From: an uncultured Pseudobdellovibrionaceae bacterium | GTDB taxonomy: Bacteria; Bdellovibrionota; Bdellovibrionia; Bdellovibrionales; UBA1609 | DNA: 64,000 nucleotides | Direction: 5' to 3' | Assembly: GCA_963803705.1 (NCBI GenBank) | Contig: CAWDNU010000004.1 | Coordinates: forward strand, 224,001-288,000 | Shown here: positions 43,517 to 54,508 of the stretch, piece after piece | Layout: every line of letters starts with the position of its first letter | How positions within the stretch are numbered: the stretch's first letter is position 1 | Notes under the pieces: model-generated | Told to the model about the DNA's origin: nothing | Database searches by the model: none | What the model saw: the letters and a program-made list of their open reading frames with translations, nothing else | Position numbers and translations under genes: made by a program

Positions 43517-43829
43517 CGTACATAAGAGCCTTTAATTGTTCTAAGTAATATTTGGCAGAAAAACAAGCAAAATCAAGAGTTTAAATAAATTAAATGGCCT
43601 TTCTAGCGTAAAAGAAGCGCCGCCAAGGCCCACTTCAGCACATTACTTACATTAGCTGGAATTACTCCCACCCAAAATATTCGATACTTTTCGCTTCACC
43701 CTGGCATAAGCAGGTAGATGGTCAAAAAATTCAATTTTTTGCGATATTCTTTAAGTTTACTCAATGTCTAAATGTTTGACGTTTTTATTTTTTTTACCCA
43801 CGTGATTACAACAACTGGCAATTAGTTGT

Positions 43830-44186
43830 GTGACAACTTATGTTGAATTGATTCTTTTTACAACCAAACATAGGAAGCTTAAGATGATTAAAAAAGTTCT
43901 GATTCTAATTGGATTAATTATATTTTTATCCACTAGTGCATTTGCAGACGAAACTTTTTCTATTCCCTGCCTGGATGAAATTACTAAAACGGCTGCAGAG
44001 TTCATCACTGCAAGTAATGATAATGTCAATTTACATATTAAATTAGTAATTGAAGATCAAGGTCTACAGGAGCTACCAGTTGGTCCTTTTATGAGCTGGT
44101 TAGTTTCTGATGAAGTTGATTCAGGCGTATATGAAACATTAACAATGGTCCTTCACTCCAATGGTGAATGTAAGCTTGAACGGTAG
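43830..44186 (+). CDS. Small secreted hypothetical protein
   Basis: Signal MIKKVLILIGLIIFLSTSAFA (likely true start). Confidence 0.7.
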   Translation: MTTYVELILFTTKHRKLKMIKKVLILIGLIIFLSTSAFADETFSIPCLDEITKTAAEFITASNDNVNLHIKLVIEDQGLQELPVGPFMSWLVSDEVDSGVYETLTMVLHSNGECKLER

Positions 44187-44366
44187 CCTTGAACTGTGAA
44201 ACAAATTGGGCAAAATAGAAAACCAAACCGTTTAAGAACAATTACCTCCAGTAATTTATTAATACACTTATTAGGATTCAGCAAAACAAGTGACAAGGCT
44301 TGCCTCAAGTTTAAATTATAAATAAGATTTTTAAAGTTAAGAAGACGCTTACTAAAATTAAAAAAA

Positions 44367-45509
44367 CTAATTTTGAAAGGCGCGAATGATCTTCGGGCGG
44401 CTGTTGGCTGTCAACTCTAATACAGCAACTAGCTTGCTTAAATCTGAATTAAAAATTCGAACCAATTGGCTTTTATCTTCATACTGACAGATTTTAACTA
44501 ATGGCCTTACCCTTAAATTTAAGTCATTTGGCACCTGGCCGTTTTGAAGAAGTTTGATTTCGCTTTCAAAGACTCTGTAGAAAGGCCCATGAATGCAGGT
44601 CTCAAGATCAATGATTTTTTTTGTTAAATGATCAAGCTTAAATTTTAGACTCTCTTCAAGCTTCGTTTTTACACTCTCAGAATGTAACATATGCAAAAAG
44701 CCGTTTTTGCCTTCAGTTTCAGGTGCTTCAAGTTTTGAATCTGCATCGAGCTTACTGATATTTGTACTGATATTTTTACTAAGATTAAAATTTTTGATAT
44801 CTCTTTGATGCTGTTCAATTTCTAAGAGCAGATTATAATCAACCGAATCTGTTAAAGCGAAGTCACCGGATTGATGACGAATTAATCCTGACATCATTGC
44901 CCCGCACCCCAAGTTTTGGCCAAAATGGTGGACCCATGACCTGATATAAGATCCTTTTTCGCACTCAAGATCTACACTAACTATTTGAGTTTTAAAGTCT
45001 GTTCCATGAATGTAGTAATCATTAAAGCGAGACCCTTTGTACTGAGCTTTGTAAAACTTCATCAAGCGAGTAGGCACCTGAATAGCTTTGCCTTGTCTAG
45101 CATAGTCGTATAGTTTTTTTCCTTTGATTTTAATGGCAGAATGCACTGGGACCTGAAAATTCAAGTCGCCTTTTAGGCTTTCGACAACAGACTTTATGTC
45201 ATCTTCACTGAAATCAAGTTTTTTTTGTTCAAAATCTTTCGCAGAAGTTAATAGTTCACCCTCTGCGTCCCATGAGTCAGTTTCTATCCCTAGCTGAATT
45301 TCGGCAGAGTACTTTTTATCCTGACCCATTATGTAGTTAGAAAACTTTGTCGCTTCACCTAAAAGTAAAATTAGCAAACCCTGGGCCATCGGATCTAAGG
45401 TACCCGCATGGCCTACAGCTTTTGTCGAAAGAACCCGCCTTAACTTGGCGACCACATCGTGGCTTGTGATTCCCTTGGGCTTATTAACTAAAAGTATTCC
45501 GTTCATCAC
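44367..45509 (-). CDS. truB: tRNA pseudouridine(55) synthase TruB
   Basis: NKPKGITSHDVV, GHAGTLDPMA, CEKGSYIRS. Confidence 0.95.
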   Translation of the reverse strand: MMNGILLVNKPKGITSHDVVAKLRRVLSTKAVGHAGTLDPMAQGLLILLLGEATKFSNYIMGQDKKYSAEIQLGIETDSWDAEGELLTSAKDFEQKKLDFSEDDIKSVVESLKGDLNFQVPVHSAIKIKGKKLYDYARQGKAIQVPTRLMKFYKAQYKGSRFNDYYIHGTDFKTQIVSVDLECEKGSYIRSWVHHFGQNLGCGAMMSGLIRHQSGDFALTDSVDYNLLLEIEQHQRDIKNFNLSKNISTNISKLDADSKLEAPETEGKNGFLHMLHSESVKTKLEESLKFKLDHLTKKIIDLETCIHGPFYRVFESEIKLLQNGQVPNDLNLRVRPLVKICQYEDKSQLVRIFNSDLSKLVAVLELTANSRPKIIRAFQN

Positions 45510-45580
45510 TTTGGACCTGTCATAAATTTTTCTAAAAATCTAGATTTGAAAACGTATTGAAGTTCGTATCGCAGTTCATC

Positions 45581-45943
45581 TCAAACTTTCTGCTTTTTGG
45601 ACTCTGCAAGTATTTTTCCAATGCGGTCAATCTCGTCCACGGACTTATCTTTGTGCCACGACAACTTGGGCAGAAATTTCATACGAATTTTCTTTGAAAT
45701 AAGCTTTTGTACATCTGCGCGAATAGCATTTAGTTCTTCTAAGACTTCTACGAATCTGTCGTCAGGAAAGACGCTGATAAAAACTTTAGCCGACCTTAAA
45801 TCAGCGGCAACGTCCACTTCGACAACAGTCACAAGAGTGCCCTGTTCAATAAAAAGAATCTCTGAGACAGCCTGTCCGATACACTGATGAAGTTCTTTTT
45901 CCACTTTTTGTATACGAAGAGGCTTTTTAGAAATTGTGTTCAC
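45581..45943 (-). CDS. rbfA: Ribosome-binding factor A
   Basis: VTVVEVDVAADLRSAKVF, MKFLPKL. Confidence 0.92.
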   Translation of the reverse strand: MNTISKKPLRIQKVEKELHQCIGQAVSEILFIEQGTLVTVVEVDVAADLRSAKVFISVFPDDRFVEVLEELNAIRADVQKLISKKIRMKFLPKLSWHKDKSVDEIDRIGKILAESKKQKV

Positions 45944-45945
45944 GT

Positions 45946-48795
45946 CTATAGCGATCTTGCAATTTCTTCGATAACAAACGCTTCAACTACGTCCCCGGTT
46001 TTCAAGTCGTTGTAGTTCTCGATTCCTATACCGCATTCAAAACCCGAGGCTACTTCTTTAGCGTCATCTTTAAAGCGCTTAAGACTAGAAAGCTTACCAG
46101 TGTAAATAACTTTTCCATTACGGACCAACCGAACGTTGTTGTTTCTTTGAATTTTACCTTCAGTGATTATACTTCCAGCAATAGCTCCTATTTTAGGGAT
46201 CGTAAACACTTCGCGGACTTCAGCGCGACCTTGTTCTTTTTCGACCACTTCGGGTGTAAGTAATCCAGACATTGCTTTTCTAACATCGTCTACAATTTCA
46301 TAAATTATTTCGTAGCATTTAATTTCAACTTTTCGTTCTTTTGATAAGGACTTAGCAGAAGCATCCGGTCTTACATTAAATCCAATGACAATGCCTTGGG
46401 CAGCGTTGGCTAAAAGTACATCGGATTCGCTAATTCCGCCGACTGCAGCATGAACAAACTTAACGCTGACTTCATCGCTTTCAATCTTTGCGATCAAACC
46501 CTTAATAGCTTCGATGCTACCGGCAACGTCAGTTTTCAAGATAACGGGAAGCTCTTTAAATTCTGTGTTTTTTGCTTTAGCAAATATACGATCCAAAGAC
46601 ATCTTGTCTTCAGAATCAAGTAATGCAAGTTTAGAATTTTCTTCACGCTTTCTTAAAGCTGCAAGTTCCTCTGCCGCAGAGTCATCTTTACATATGTCAA
46701 ACCTGTCACCAGCCTGAGGGGTCGAAGGTAAACCCATGATCTCTACTGGTTCACCAGGACCAGCACTTTTAACCTGTTTACCCTGATCATTAGTCATCAT
46801 ACGTATACGACCAGTCACAACACCTGCACAGACTGAATCACCAACCCTAACTGAACCGTCTTTTACTAAGATAGAGGCTACAGTTCCGCGACCTTTTTCA
46901 ACTTTACTTTCAATGACGATACCGGTGCCAGAGCGCTCAGGATTGGCTTTTAGCTCTTGCATTTCTGCAACTAAGTAGATGCTTTCTAACAAATCGTCTA
47001 TTCCATCACCATTTAAAGCTGATACAGGAGCGAAAATAGTCGTTCCACCCCAGTCTTCTGGAACCAGCTGTAAGATCCGCCAACTGCTGTTTGATTCTTG
47101 TCTTGATTTGCACCTTGCTTATCAATTTTATTTACTGCCACGATAATCGGGACACCTGCTGCTTGAGCGTGACTAATTGCTTCTTGAGTTTGAGGCATCA
47201 TTCCATCATCAGCAGCTACAACAATAATCGCTATATCAGTTACATTAGCGCCACGCGCTCTCATGGCGGTAAACGCTTCATGGCCTGGTGTATCAATAAA
47301 TGTGATGACTCGGTCACCCTCTAAGGTCACTCGGTAGGCACCTATATGCTGAGTGATCCCCCCTGCTTCACCAGAAGCTACTTTAGCTTTTCTAATCGAA
47401 TCAATAATGTGGTTTTTCCGTGATCCACATGGCCCATCACTGTAACGACAGGAGCTCTATGAACTTTTTCGGCTTCCAGATTACCGAAAGCCATTTGATC
47501 TTCCAAATCGTCAGATGATAAATGAATATTTTCAGCCTCGAACTGAAATTCTGGAGCAACAAATGAAATAGTGTCAAAATCTAACTCGTCGGATGGCTTT
47601 GACCATAATTCCTTGCTTTATTAATGATTTGGTTAATGCTGGCATTTTTAGACCTAGCGCCTGGGCCAAATCTTGAACACTCATAGAGTTGTTAACTTTT
47701 ATAATTCTTTTATGGGCGGCTGCCACTAGTGATCTCCGTTTTTTTGCCTGCGTGAGTCGGGATTTTTTTCTTCTTAGGTTGGAAAGACAGCTTCTCTTTT
47801 TCTAAAATCTGCTGATTTAAAAACACCAGGGTTTTCAACTTTAACACCAGCAGCGTCTTCAGTACCACCACCAGCAGGCTTTCTCTTTTTAAACTCTTCT
47901 CGTTTATTCTTGGAATCATCCACTGGCATCATAGGCGCAGGAGCTATAAAGCCTGTTCTTATATTACGGCCTCTAGCAGGTGAAGATGGACGCAGCAGAG
48001 CTTGCGCCACTAGCTGAACGTGGAGTTCTAGTGGATGAGTAGCAGATGGCTGGACGTCTGACTCGGCTCAAATCCATACGACCAATAATATTATTTCTAG
48101 TGATTACAGTCTTTTTATGTAGATTTTTAGTACTCTTTTGAATCATCAGAGGTTGCAGTAACGGTTTTGGCTTCAATATTTGGATCTGCTTTGAAACACC
48201 ACTAGTTTTCTTCAGGCTTTGCAGCTTCTTTTTTATAAGTTAGATGCCGTTGACTCGAAACCTATTTTCTGAGCCGTTAAGTCTTCAGCCGTCAAACCTT
48301 TTTGAACATCTTGAGCATCGTCACTAGTTCTGCGAATCACCATTCTTCTAGTAGTAGCAGTCTTCTTGATTTGTTTGTTTTGAAGATGCACCGGTTGCTG
48401 CTCCGCTGGCCGATTTAGAAGTAGATTTTACTGCCACTTTTTCTGGACTGGAAACCACTGATTTTCGAGATGTTGTTTTTTTCGAAGTAGTCTTTTTTGT
48501 GGCGGCTTTCTTGGCTGCTGTTTTTTTCTTAGTGACTTTTTTAGTCGTAGCTTTAGTTTCTGAATCTGTTTTCTTTGTAGTCTTTTTAGCTACAGCTTTC
48601 TTTTTAGTACGTCTTTTTCTTTTTGGTCTTTTTCTTTGAAGACTTCGAAGCTTCTAAGCGCTCTTTGATATCTGACTTCTGTTCGTCTGAAAGAACGGCC
48701 ATATGACTTTTAACAGGTAAGCCCCACTCTTTAATTTTATCCATTAAGAGTATGGTTTCTAATCCTATTTCTTTTGCAAATTCAAAAACTTTCAT
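45946..48795 (-). CDS. infB: Translation initiation factor IF-2 (multiple frameshifts)
   Basis: [10 protein letters not shown]-terminus, [40 protein letters not shown]. Confidence 0.93.
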
Positions 48796-48897
48796 AAAAT
48801 TTTGTGTATCCTATTTTTAATTGTCCATGGACCTTAGCCCTACTTCGGCAGCCAGTCACTTAACATAGTGACCATTTACATCAAATCCCTTTAAATC

Positions 48898-50458
48898 CTA
48901 AGTTTCGGACTTTACTTCAGCCTCTTCATTTTGTGAGTCTTCTACTTTTTTAGCCATCACTGGTTCTAAGTTTTCAGGCTGTGACTCTTTATCATCTTGT
49001 TTTTCTGCTGTATCTGTAATTGCCGTAGTGGTTGCTGCTGAAGAATCTTCTGCGACTTGATTACTGGCTGAAGCTTCGTTGTCAGATTTGGAAAGCTGTG
49101 CCATCTCTTCTTTCAGTCTCTCTTCGGCAGCCATCTTAGCATTTCCTTTTGGCTTATTGTCTTTTTCGACAACAGGAGCTTCTGGCATCTCTTTGCCTTC
49201 TTTCTCGTAGGACTCAATTAAAGTAATTGCCGCAATTCTAAGCTCGTCAGACTTTTCTGGGTCATCGTATCCAGGAATGGTCATTAGCATCTCAACTTCA
49301 GACTCTGCAATAGTTTTTACCGATCCAAATCCTGATTGAACAATATTTTGAGCCATTGTTTCATTCATATTTGGAATCAACATGATATTAAATACAGATT
49401 GAGCTGTTCGGGTTGCAGAGTCAGACTCACCCATAATGTCTAAGCGCCATCCAGTTAACTTTGCAGCTAACCTCACGTTTTGACCTTTTTTACCGATGGC
49501 TAAACTTAATTGATCATCTGGAACTACAACTTCCATTTCTCTGGCATCTTCATCCATAAACACTTTAGAGATTTCGGCTGGTTGTAAGGCATTACATACA
49601 AAAGTCACGGTATCGTCATCCCAAGGAACGATGTCGATTTTTTCACCACGCAGTTCCTGTATCACGTTCTGAACTCGACTGCCTTTTACACCTACGCACG
49701 CCCCTACTGGGTCAACTGCAGGATCGTTCGATCTTACGGCCATTTTAGCACGCTGACCAGGTTCACGGGCAGCTGCCATCAATTCGATAATTCCGTCTTC
49801 GACCTCAGGCACTTCATTTTGAAACAGTTTCATCATATACCTGACCATCAGCTCTGGACATGATGATTTGAGGGCCACTAGTAGATTGACTCACTTCTTT
49901 AATATAACCCTGAACTCTGTCACCTGGCCGATAGCTTTCACCAGGGATCTGTTCACGTTGAGGGATATAAGCTTCAGTTCGACCCAAATCCACTACGATC
50001 GCGCCACGCTCTACTCGTCTTGCAATGCCAGAAGCTATCTCGCCCTTACGCTGTTCAAACTCTTCAAAAATAATTTCACGCTCAGCTTCTCGAACTTGCT
50101 GTGTAATAATTTGTCGTGCCAGTTGAGTGGCAATTCGACCCAAATCAGTGGCCTCCATCCTAATCCCAATAGAGTCAGCGAGTTGAACATTTGGATCTAA
50201 TTCAACGGCCTGAGACATCATTATTTCAACTTCGTCATCAATAAATTTTTCGTCTTCAACAACTTCTTTAAATTCAAAAAGTTCCACTTCACCAGTGTCT
50301 TCATTATATTGAGCTTCGATCTCTCTGTAGGTTCCGTACTTTTTTATTGCGGCAGCCAACATCCCTTGGGTTACTGCATTAATGACGACATTTTTATCGA
50401 TGCCCTTTTCTTTACCCAAAGCTTCGATCATTCGGCTCATATCAGAAAACCCAGACAT
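48898..50458 (-). CDS. nusA: Transcription factor NusA (one frameshift near 49850)
   Basis: GRIATQLARQII, AREPGQRAK, DPVGACVGVKGSRV, LAIGKKGQNVRLA. Confidence 0.95.
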
Positions 50459-50470
50459 ATTAACTCCTTC

Positions 50471-50600
50471 TACGCCCCGGCTTCATAGTTTCAGCTTCGA
50501 GGACTGTTACGCCCCGGCTTCATAGTTTCAGCTTCGAGGACTGTTATGCCCCAGATTCGTAGTTTCAGCATCGAGGGCTATTACGCCACGGCTTCACAAT
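50471..50600 (-). repeat. 37-bp tandem repeat (two identical, one variant, one partial) between rimP and nusA
   Basis: TACGCCCCGGCTTCATAGTTTCAGCTTCGAGGACTGT at 50471 and 50508; variant at 50545; partial at 50582. Confidence 0.92.
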
Positions 50601-50673
50601 TACGCCCTAGGGACTTTATAGTAATAACTTTTTTAAACTAGCTTCAATTTTAAACCATATATACAACTGTTAA

Positions 50674-51174
50674 TTAATGCTTCTTCTGCCTACCATACTC
50701 AAAAACAACGTGAGCCTTATGGATTACATCAAAGGGAACCTTTAAATTTTTCAACTTCGAGTTTTCAACATCTTTAAAAAAAATATCGTGGCCCTCAATC
50801 TTATCCACTACTGCATTGAAGGCTCTTAAATTGCCAAAGCTTTCGTTCTCTTCACCTTTTTTGATGACGACTTTGACTGGTTTATCCAGCGCTGCTTCAA
50901 AATGCCAAACTTTATTAAGAACCCTTTCTAAGCCTGGGCTTGAAACTTCTAAATCGTAAGTGGAGTCACCAGGAACAATGTTTTCAACGTCTAATAGCAG
51001 ATTTAGAGCCCTAGATATACTAGCGCAATCGTCAATGCTAACGCCGTCCTTTTTGTCGATTGTCACAATGAGTTTTCTTTGTTTCTCGACAAAATCAACA
51101 TCATACAAAATGAAGCCTTCTTTTTCGACCACACTCAGTGCCAATTTTTCTAAAGTTTCAGCTAGGTCACTCAC
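50674..51174 (-). CDS. rimP: Ribosome maturation factor RimP
   Basis: IDKKDGVSIDDCASIS, YDLEVSSPGLER. Confidence 0.95.
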   Translation of the reverse strand: MSDLAETLEKLALSVVEKEGFILYDVDFVEKQRKLIVTIDKKDGVSIDDCASISRALNLLLDVENIVPGDSTYDLEVSSPGLERVLNKVWHFEAALDKPVKVVIKKGEENESFGNLRAFNAVVDKIEGHDIFFKDVENSKLKNLKVPFDVIHKAHVVFEYGRQKKH

Positions 51175-51237
51175 TTTTCCACTGCCCTCAAAATAACCAA
51201 ATATCTATATTAAAAATTACCGCTAAAAATATCACTT

Positions 51238-51270
51238 AAAAAAAAAGAGGGTCTTTGCGGGACCCTCTTT
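51238..51270 (-). promoter_or_regulatory. Terminator-like hairpin in the rimP-nusA leader (possible attenuator)
   Basis: Minus strand AAAGAGGGTCCCGCAAAGACCCTCTTTTTTTTT ~65 nt before rimP. Confidence 0.6.
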
Positions 51271-51476
51271 CACAAAACTTTGCTTAAGAACGGTGAAACT
51301 AGCAAAATTCGTGGTCTCTGGCAAGCGAAATGAGTTTTCTTATCTTTGAAGTGCATCCAATAATTTTATATTGGGGTGAATTTTTTGACGCTTCGAACTG
51401 GGGGTAGCATTTTGCGATAAAAATCAGGTTTAATCTAAGTAGATAATTTAGGTCCTAACACGGAGGTTATTGGTCC

Positions 51477-51911
51477 ATGAGCAATCGCTTAATTCAATCT
51501 ACAGTCAAATTTTCTATAAAAGGTTATTTCTTTATAATCTTTTCATTTCTTCTATCCATAACCCCAGCCCTGGCTCAGCACAATGATTGCTCTCAGAAAC
51601 TAGATCAAGCTACGCCGCCTGAACTAAAAAAGCTTATTGAAGATCTGAATCCATTTTGGGGAACATGGCGCGGGACTTACAAGGGAGATCCTGTGGTTGG
51701 TGAGTTCACTTTGGATCAAAACAACAATGTTCGCCTAAAAGGTAACTTAGGGTCTAAAAGTATTACAAATAGGACAGTAAAGTTCTGCCTTAGAAGGGGC
51801 CGCTTTACCCTATCAACGTCTTTTATTTCTGCTAACGTAGAAATTGTGAACTCGCGGACTCTAAGATTTAGTGGGCTGCTTATCCAGGGTACAATCACTT
51901 TAAGAAGATAG
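51477..51911 (+). CDS. Secreted hypothetical protein
   Basis: Signal peptide ending ALA; GGAGG SD. Confidence 0.7.
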   Translation: MSNRLIQSTVKFSIKGYFFIIFSFLLSITPALAQHNDCSQKLDQATPPELKKLIEDLNPFWGTWRGTYKGDPVVGEFTLDQNNNVRLKGNLGSKSITNRTVKFCLRRGRFTLSTSFISANVEIVNSRTLRFSGLLIQGTITLRR

Positions 51912-52305
51912 ACGACCTTAATTTTTCCAAGGTTTGCTTCTTTCCTAGAGCTAAGCTCATAACCACTGCGTCAGATCCTTCTTTGTAATATCTGGGCCTG
52001 ATATGGACACTCTGAAATCCCACTTTCTTGTATAGACTTAAAGCGTTTAGATTTTGGTTAGAAACTTCTAACCATATCTCAGATGCTTTATCCTTATCTC
52101 CTTTTACGCAAAACCCGATGAATCTTTTAAGAAGTTCTACGCCGTAGCCATTTTGCCTTAGGTTTGATTTAACTTCCAAATAATCAATTTCATATCCTGC
52201 CTCGATGACGCGATACCAGATGCTTCCAACTATTTGATTTTCTTTTCTTAACTTAAAAATTAGCTCTAAGGGATGGTCCTGTAACCAGTTTGGTCTTTCT
52301 GCCAT
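51895..52305 (-). CDS. RimI-like GNAT acetyltransferase
   Basis: RQNGYG, WLEVSNQNLNALSLYKKVGF, RPRYY..DAVVM. Confidence 0.85.
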   Translation of the reverse strand: MAERPNWLQDHPLELIFKLRKENQIVGSIWYRVIEAGYEIDYLEVKSNLRQNGYGVELLKRFIGFCVKGDKDKASEIWLEVSNQNLNALSLYKKVGFQSVHIRPRYYKEGSDAVVMSLALGKKQTLEKLRSSIFLK

Positions 52306-52333
52306 ACAAGATTTAGGTTCCTACAATTTACAG

Positions 52334-52490
52334 TTTATTTGAAAATAATTATTTAAGTAAATACTAAATGTAAGTCTTAAAAAGTTCAAACATACGTTTG
52401 TGGCATTTTTGCTACCAAAAAATGCTACAATCCGAACTCATTTCTAAGACTTACATTTAATATTTACTTAAACAATTATTTTCAAATAAA
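52334..52490 (+). repeat. Giant-hairpin family copy 5 (50-bp arms, 47/50 complementary)
   Basis: Arms 52334-52383 and 52441-52490; core GTTCAAACATACGTTTGTGGCAT..ATGCTACAATCCGAACTCA. Confidence 0.88.
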
Positions 52491-52507
52491 TTCTTAGATA
52501 TTAGTTG

Positions 52508-54109
52508 TCACTTATAAGACTCAAAGATCTTGTCAGCGATACTTACACCGTCGCAAGCAGCACTTGTGATTCCACCCGCATAACCCGCCCCTTCACCAGC
52601 AGGGTAAAGCCCCTGGTGAGATAAAGACTGCAAAGTCACATTGTCCCTTAGAATTCTTATGGGGCACGAAGTTCTTGATTCCACTCCAATTAACAGGGCT
52701 TCATCTGCTGCAAATCCTTTCATTTTTCGATCAAAGATTTCCATGGACTTGATAAATTGGTTTCTAAATTTAGGGCCAAACAATTCATGTACCGGGGCGG
52801 CAATCACGCCGGATGGTGATGAAGCTTTTGCAATTTCAGTAGAAATTTTCTGGCTCATGAAGTCCTTAAGCTTTTGTGCTGGAAGCTCTTTACTGCCCTT
52901 CAAAGATTGGACCTGCTTAAAGGCTTCACTTTCTAGTTGAGTTCTAAATTTTATGCCCCCAAACAGATCACCAGAAAAGTTTTTATTGTGATCAATGCTA
53001 ACAACTATAGCTGCATTAGCATGCGGTGAATTTCTATTATAGTTGCTCATACCATTTGAAACTAGAAGGCCATCGTGGGTCCCAGAAGACAGCACATACC
53101 CTCCTGGACACATACAAAAGCTATATACTCCAAGTCCCAGATCCTTGTCAGTATGAGCCAATTTATAATTAGCTGCTCCTAGCTTAGGGTTATCCCAAGC
53201 ATCTTTATATTGAATCTTGTTTATCAATTCTTGGGAGTGCTCTACTCTTAGGCCTACCGCAAAAGACTTGCCCTCCATTGCTACGTTATTGTGGTGCAGA
53301 TGCTCGAATAGGTCAGTTGAATGACCCGCTGCTAGCACTAGTTTTGTTCCCTGGATAACTCGTTCAAAAGAGTTTTTAACTTTGTCGCTAGTACCCCTTT
53401 CTGATAAGGCCTCGGTTGAAGAAACTAAGACGCCTGTAATTGTTTTTTGAAAATTGTTTGTTTCATCAAACAGAATCTTATTCACTTTAGTGTTAAAAAG
53501 TATAACGCAACCTTGGCTCTCAAGGTGCTTGCGCATCTTAGGTATAACTCGTCTAATCTTGTCAGAACCCACGTGTGGATTTGACAAATATTCAATTTCT
53601 GGTGGAGCTCCGAATTTAACAAGGTTTTTCATAATATAGGGAATATGTTTGGACTTAATTCGAGTCACGAGTTTTCCATCAGAAAACAGTCCGGCCCCAC
53701 CTTCGCCAAATCCCACATTAGAGCTGGGGTTTAAAATTCCTTTTCTCCAGAACTTAGCAATTGATACAACTCTCTTCTCAGTTGGTTCACCTTGTTCGAT
53801 AATAATGGATTTTATACCTCGTTCTTGTAATCGGTAGGCAGCAAATAGGCCCGCAGGTCCAGCCCCTATTATCAGAACTGGTTGGTCATTAAAGCGATGA
53901 AGCTTTTCAAGTACAATTTCAGGTGTTTCTAATGATTCGCCAAATGCAAATGTCCTAACAGAGTAAATGAAGTTAATATCATTTCTTTTTCGAGCATCGA
54001 TAGACTTTTTCAAAACTACGTAAGAGGAGTGTTCAGGATCCATCCATTGAAGTTTTTCTTCTAGATCTTCGTTTAAACCGACTTTGACATTTTTTAACTC
54101 TTTAGCCAT
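52508..54109 (-). CDS. FAD-dependent oxidoreductase (COG2509-like)
   Basis: IIGAGPAGL, GEGGAGLFSDGKL, SFCMCPGG, GEGAGYAGGITSAACDG. Confidence 0.92.
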   Translation of the reverse strand: MAKELKNVKVGLNEDLEEKLQWMDPEHSSYVVLKKSIDARKRNDINFIYSVRTFAFGESLETPEIVLEKLHRFNDQPVLIIGAGPAGLFAAYRLQERGIKSIIIEQGEPTEKRVVSIAKFWRKGILNPSSNVGFGEGGAGLFSDGKLVTRIKSKHIPYIMKNLVKFGAPPEIEYLSNPHVGSDKIRRVIPKMRKHLESQGCVILFNTKVNKILFDETNNFQKTITGVLVSSTEALSERGTSDKVKNSFERVIQGTKLVLAAGHSTDLFEHLHHNNVAMEGKSFAVGLRVEHSQELINKIQYKDAWDNPKLGAANYKLAHTDKDLGLGVYSFCMCPGGYVLSSGTHDGLLVSNGMSNYNRNSPHANAAIVVSIDHNKNFSGDLFGGIKFRTQLESEAFKQVQSLKGSKELPAQKLKDFMSQKISTEIAKASSPSGVIAAPVHELFGPKFRNQFIKSMEIFDRKMKGFAADEALLIGVESRTSCPIRILRDNVTLQSLSHQGLYPAGEGAGYAGGITSAACDGVSIADKIFESYK

Positions 54110-54304
54110 ATTAATTCTATAGCCCTACTTTACATAAAAAACAGCAGTGATCCTGAAACATGAAGCTATTACTTGCCTGTCGGTTGAGCTGATATCCCGA
54201 CATTTGAAACTTGTGAGAATAAATTTAAAATTCTGGACATTCCGAGCTTGCCAAAGAACTTAGGTTTTCTTAAAGTCTTTTTCTACTTAATAGTTACTTA
54301 CTGT

Positions 54305-54389
54305 GCCTTGGTGGTGGAATTGGTAGACACGCCGGATTCAAAATCCGGTGCTTCACGGCGTGCCGGTTCAAGTCCGGCTCGAGGTACCA
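54305..54389 (+). tRNA. tRNA-Leu(CAA)
   Basis: Cloverleaf with anticodon arm CCGGA-TTCAAAA-TCCGG, long variable arm, GGTTCAAGTCC T-arm, encoded CCA. Confidence 0.96.
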
Positions 54390-54508
54390 TTTGGATTTTC
54401 CCTAATATTTTAGAATAGTTATGAGCATGGGTTTTTTCCCTTGCTTAATTAATTAGCTCTAAAAAAGGTTGGTCAAAACTGCACTTTCAGGGGTTTGCAC
54501 CAATCTTT

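Noticed and set aside
45946..48795. infB, nusA, mutL and miaA as true pseudogenes or programmed frameshifts
   Set aside because: Many scattered indels in normally essential genes with intact motifs fit sequencing error.
50471..50600. CRISPR array
   Set aside because: The 37-bp units are contiguous with no unique spacers, and there are no cas genes in the window.
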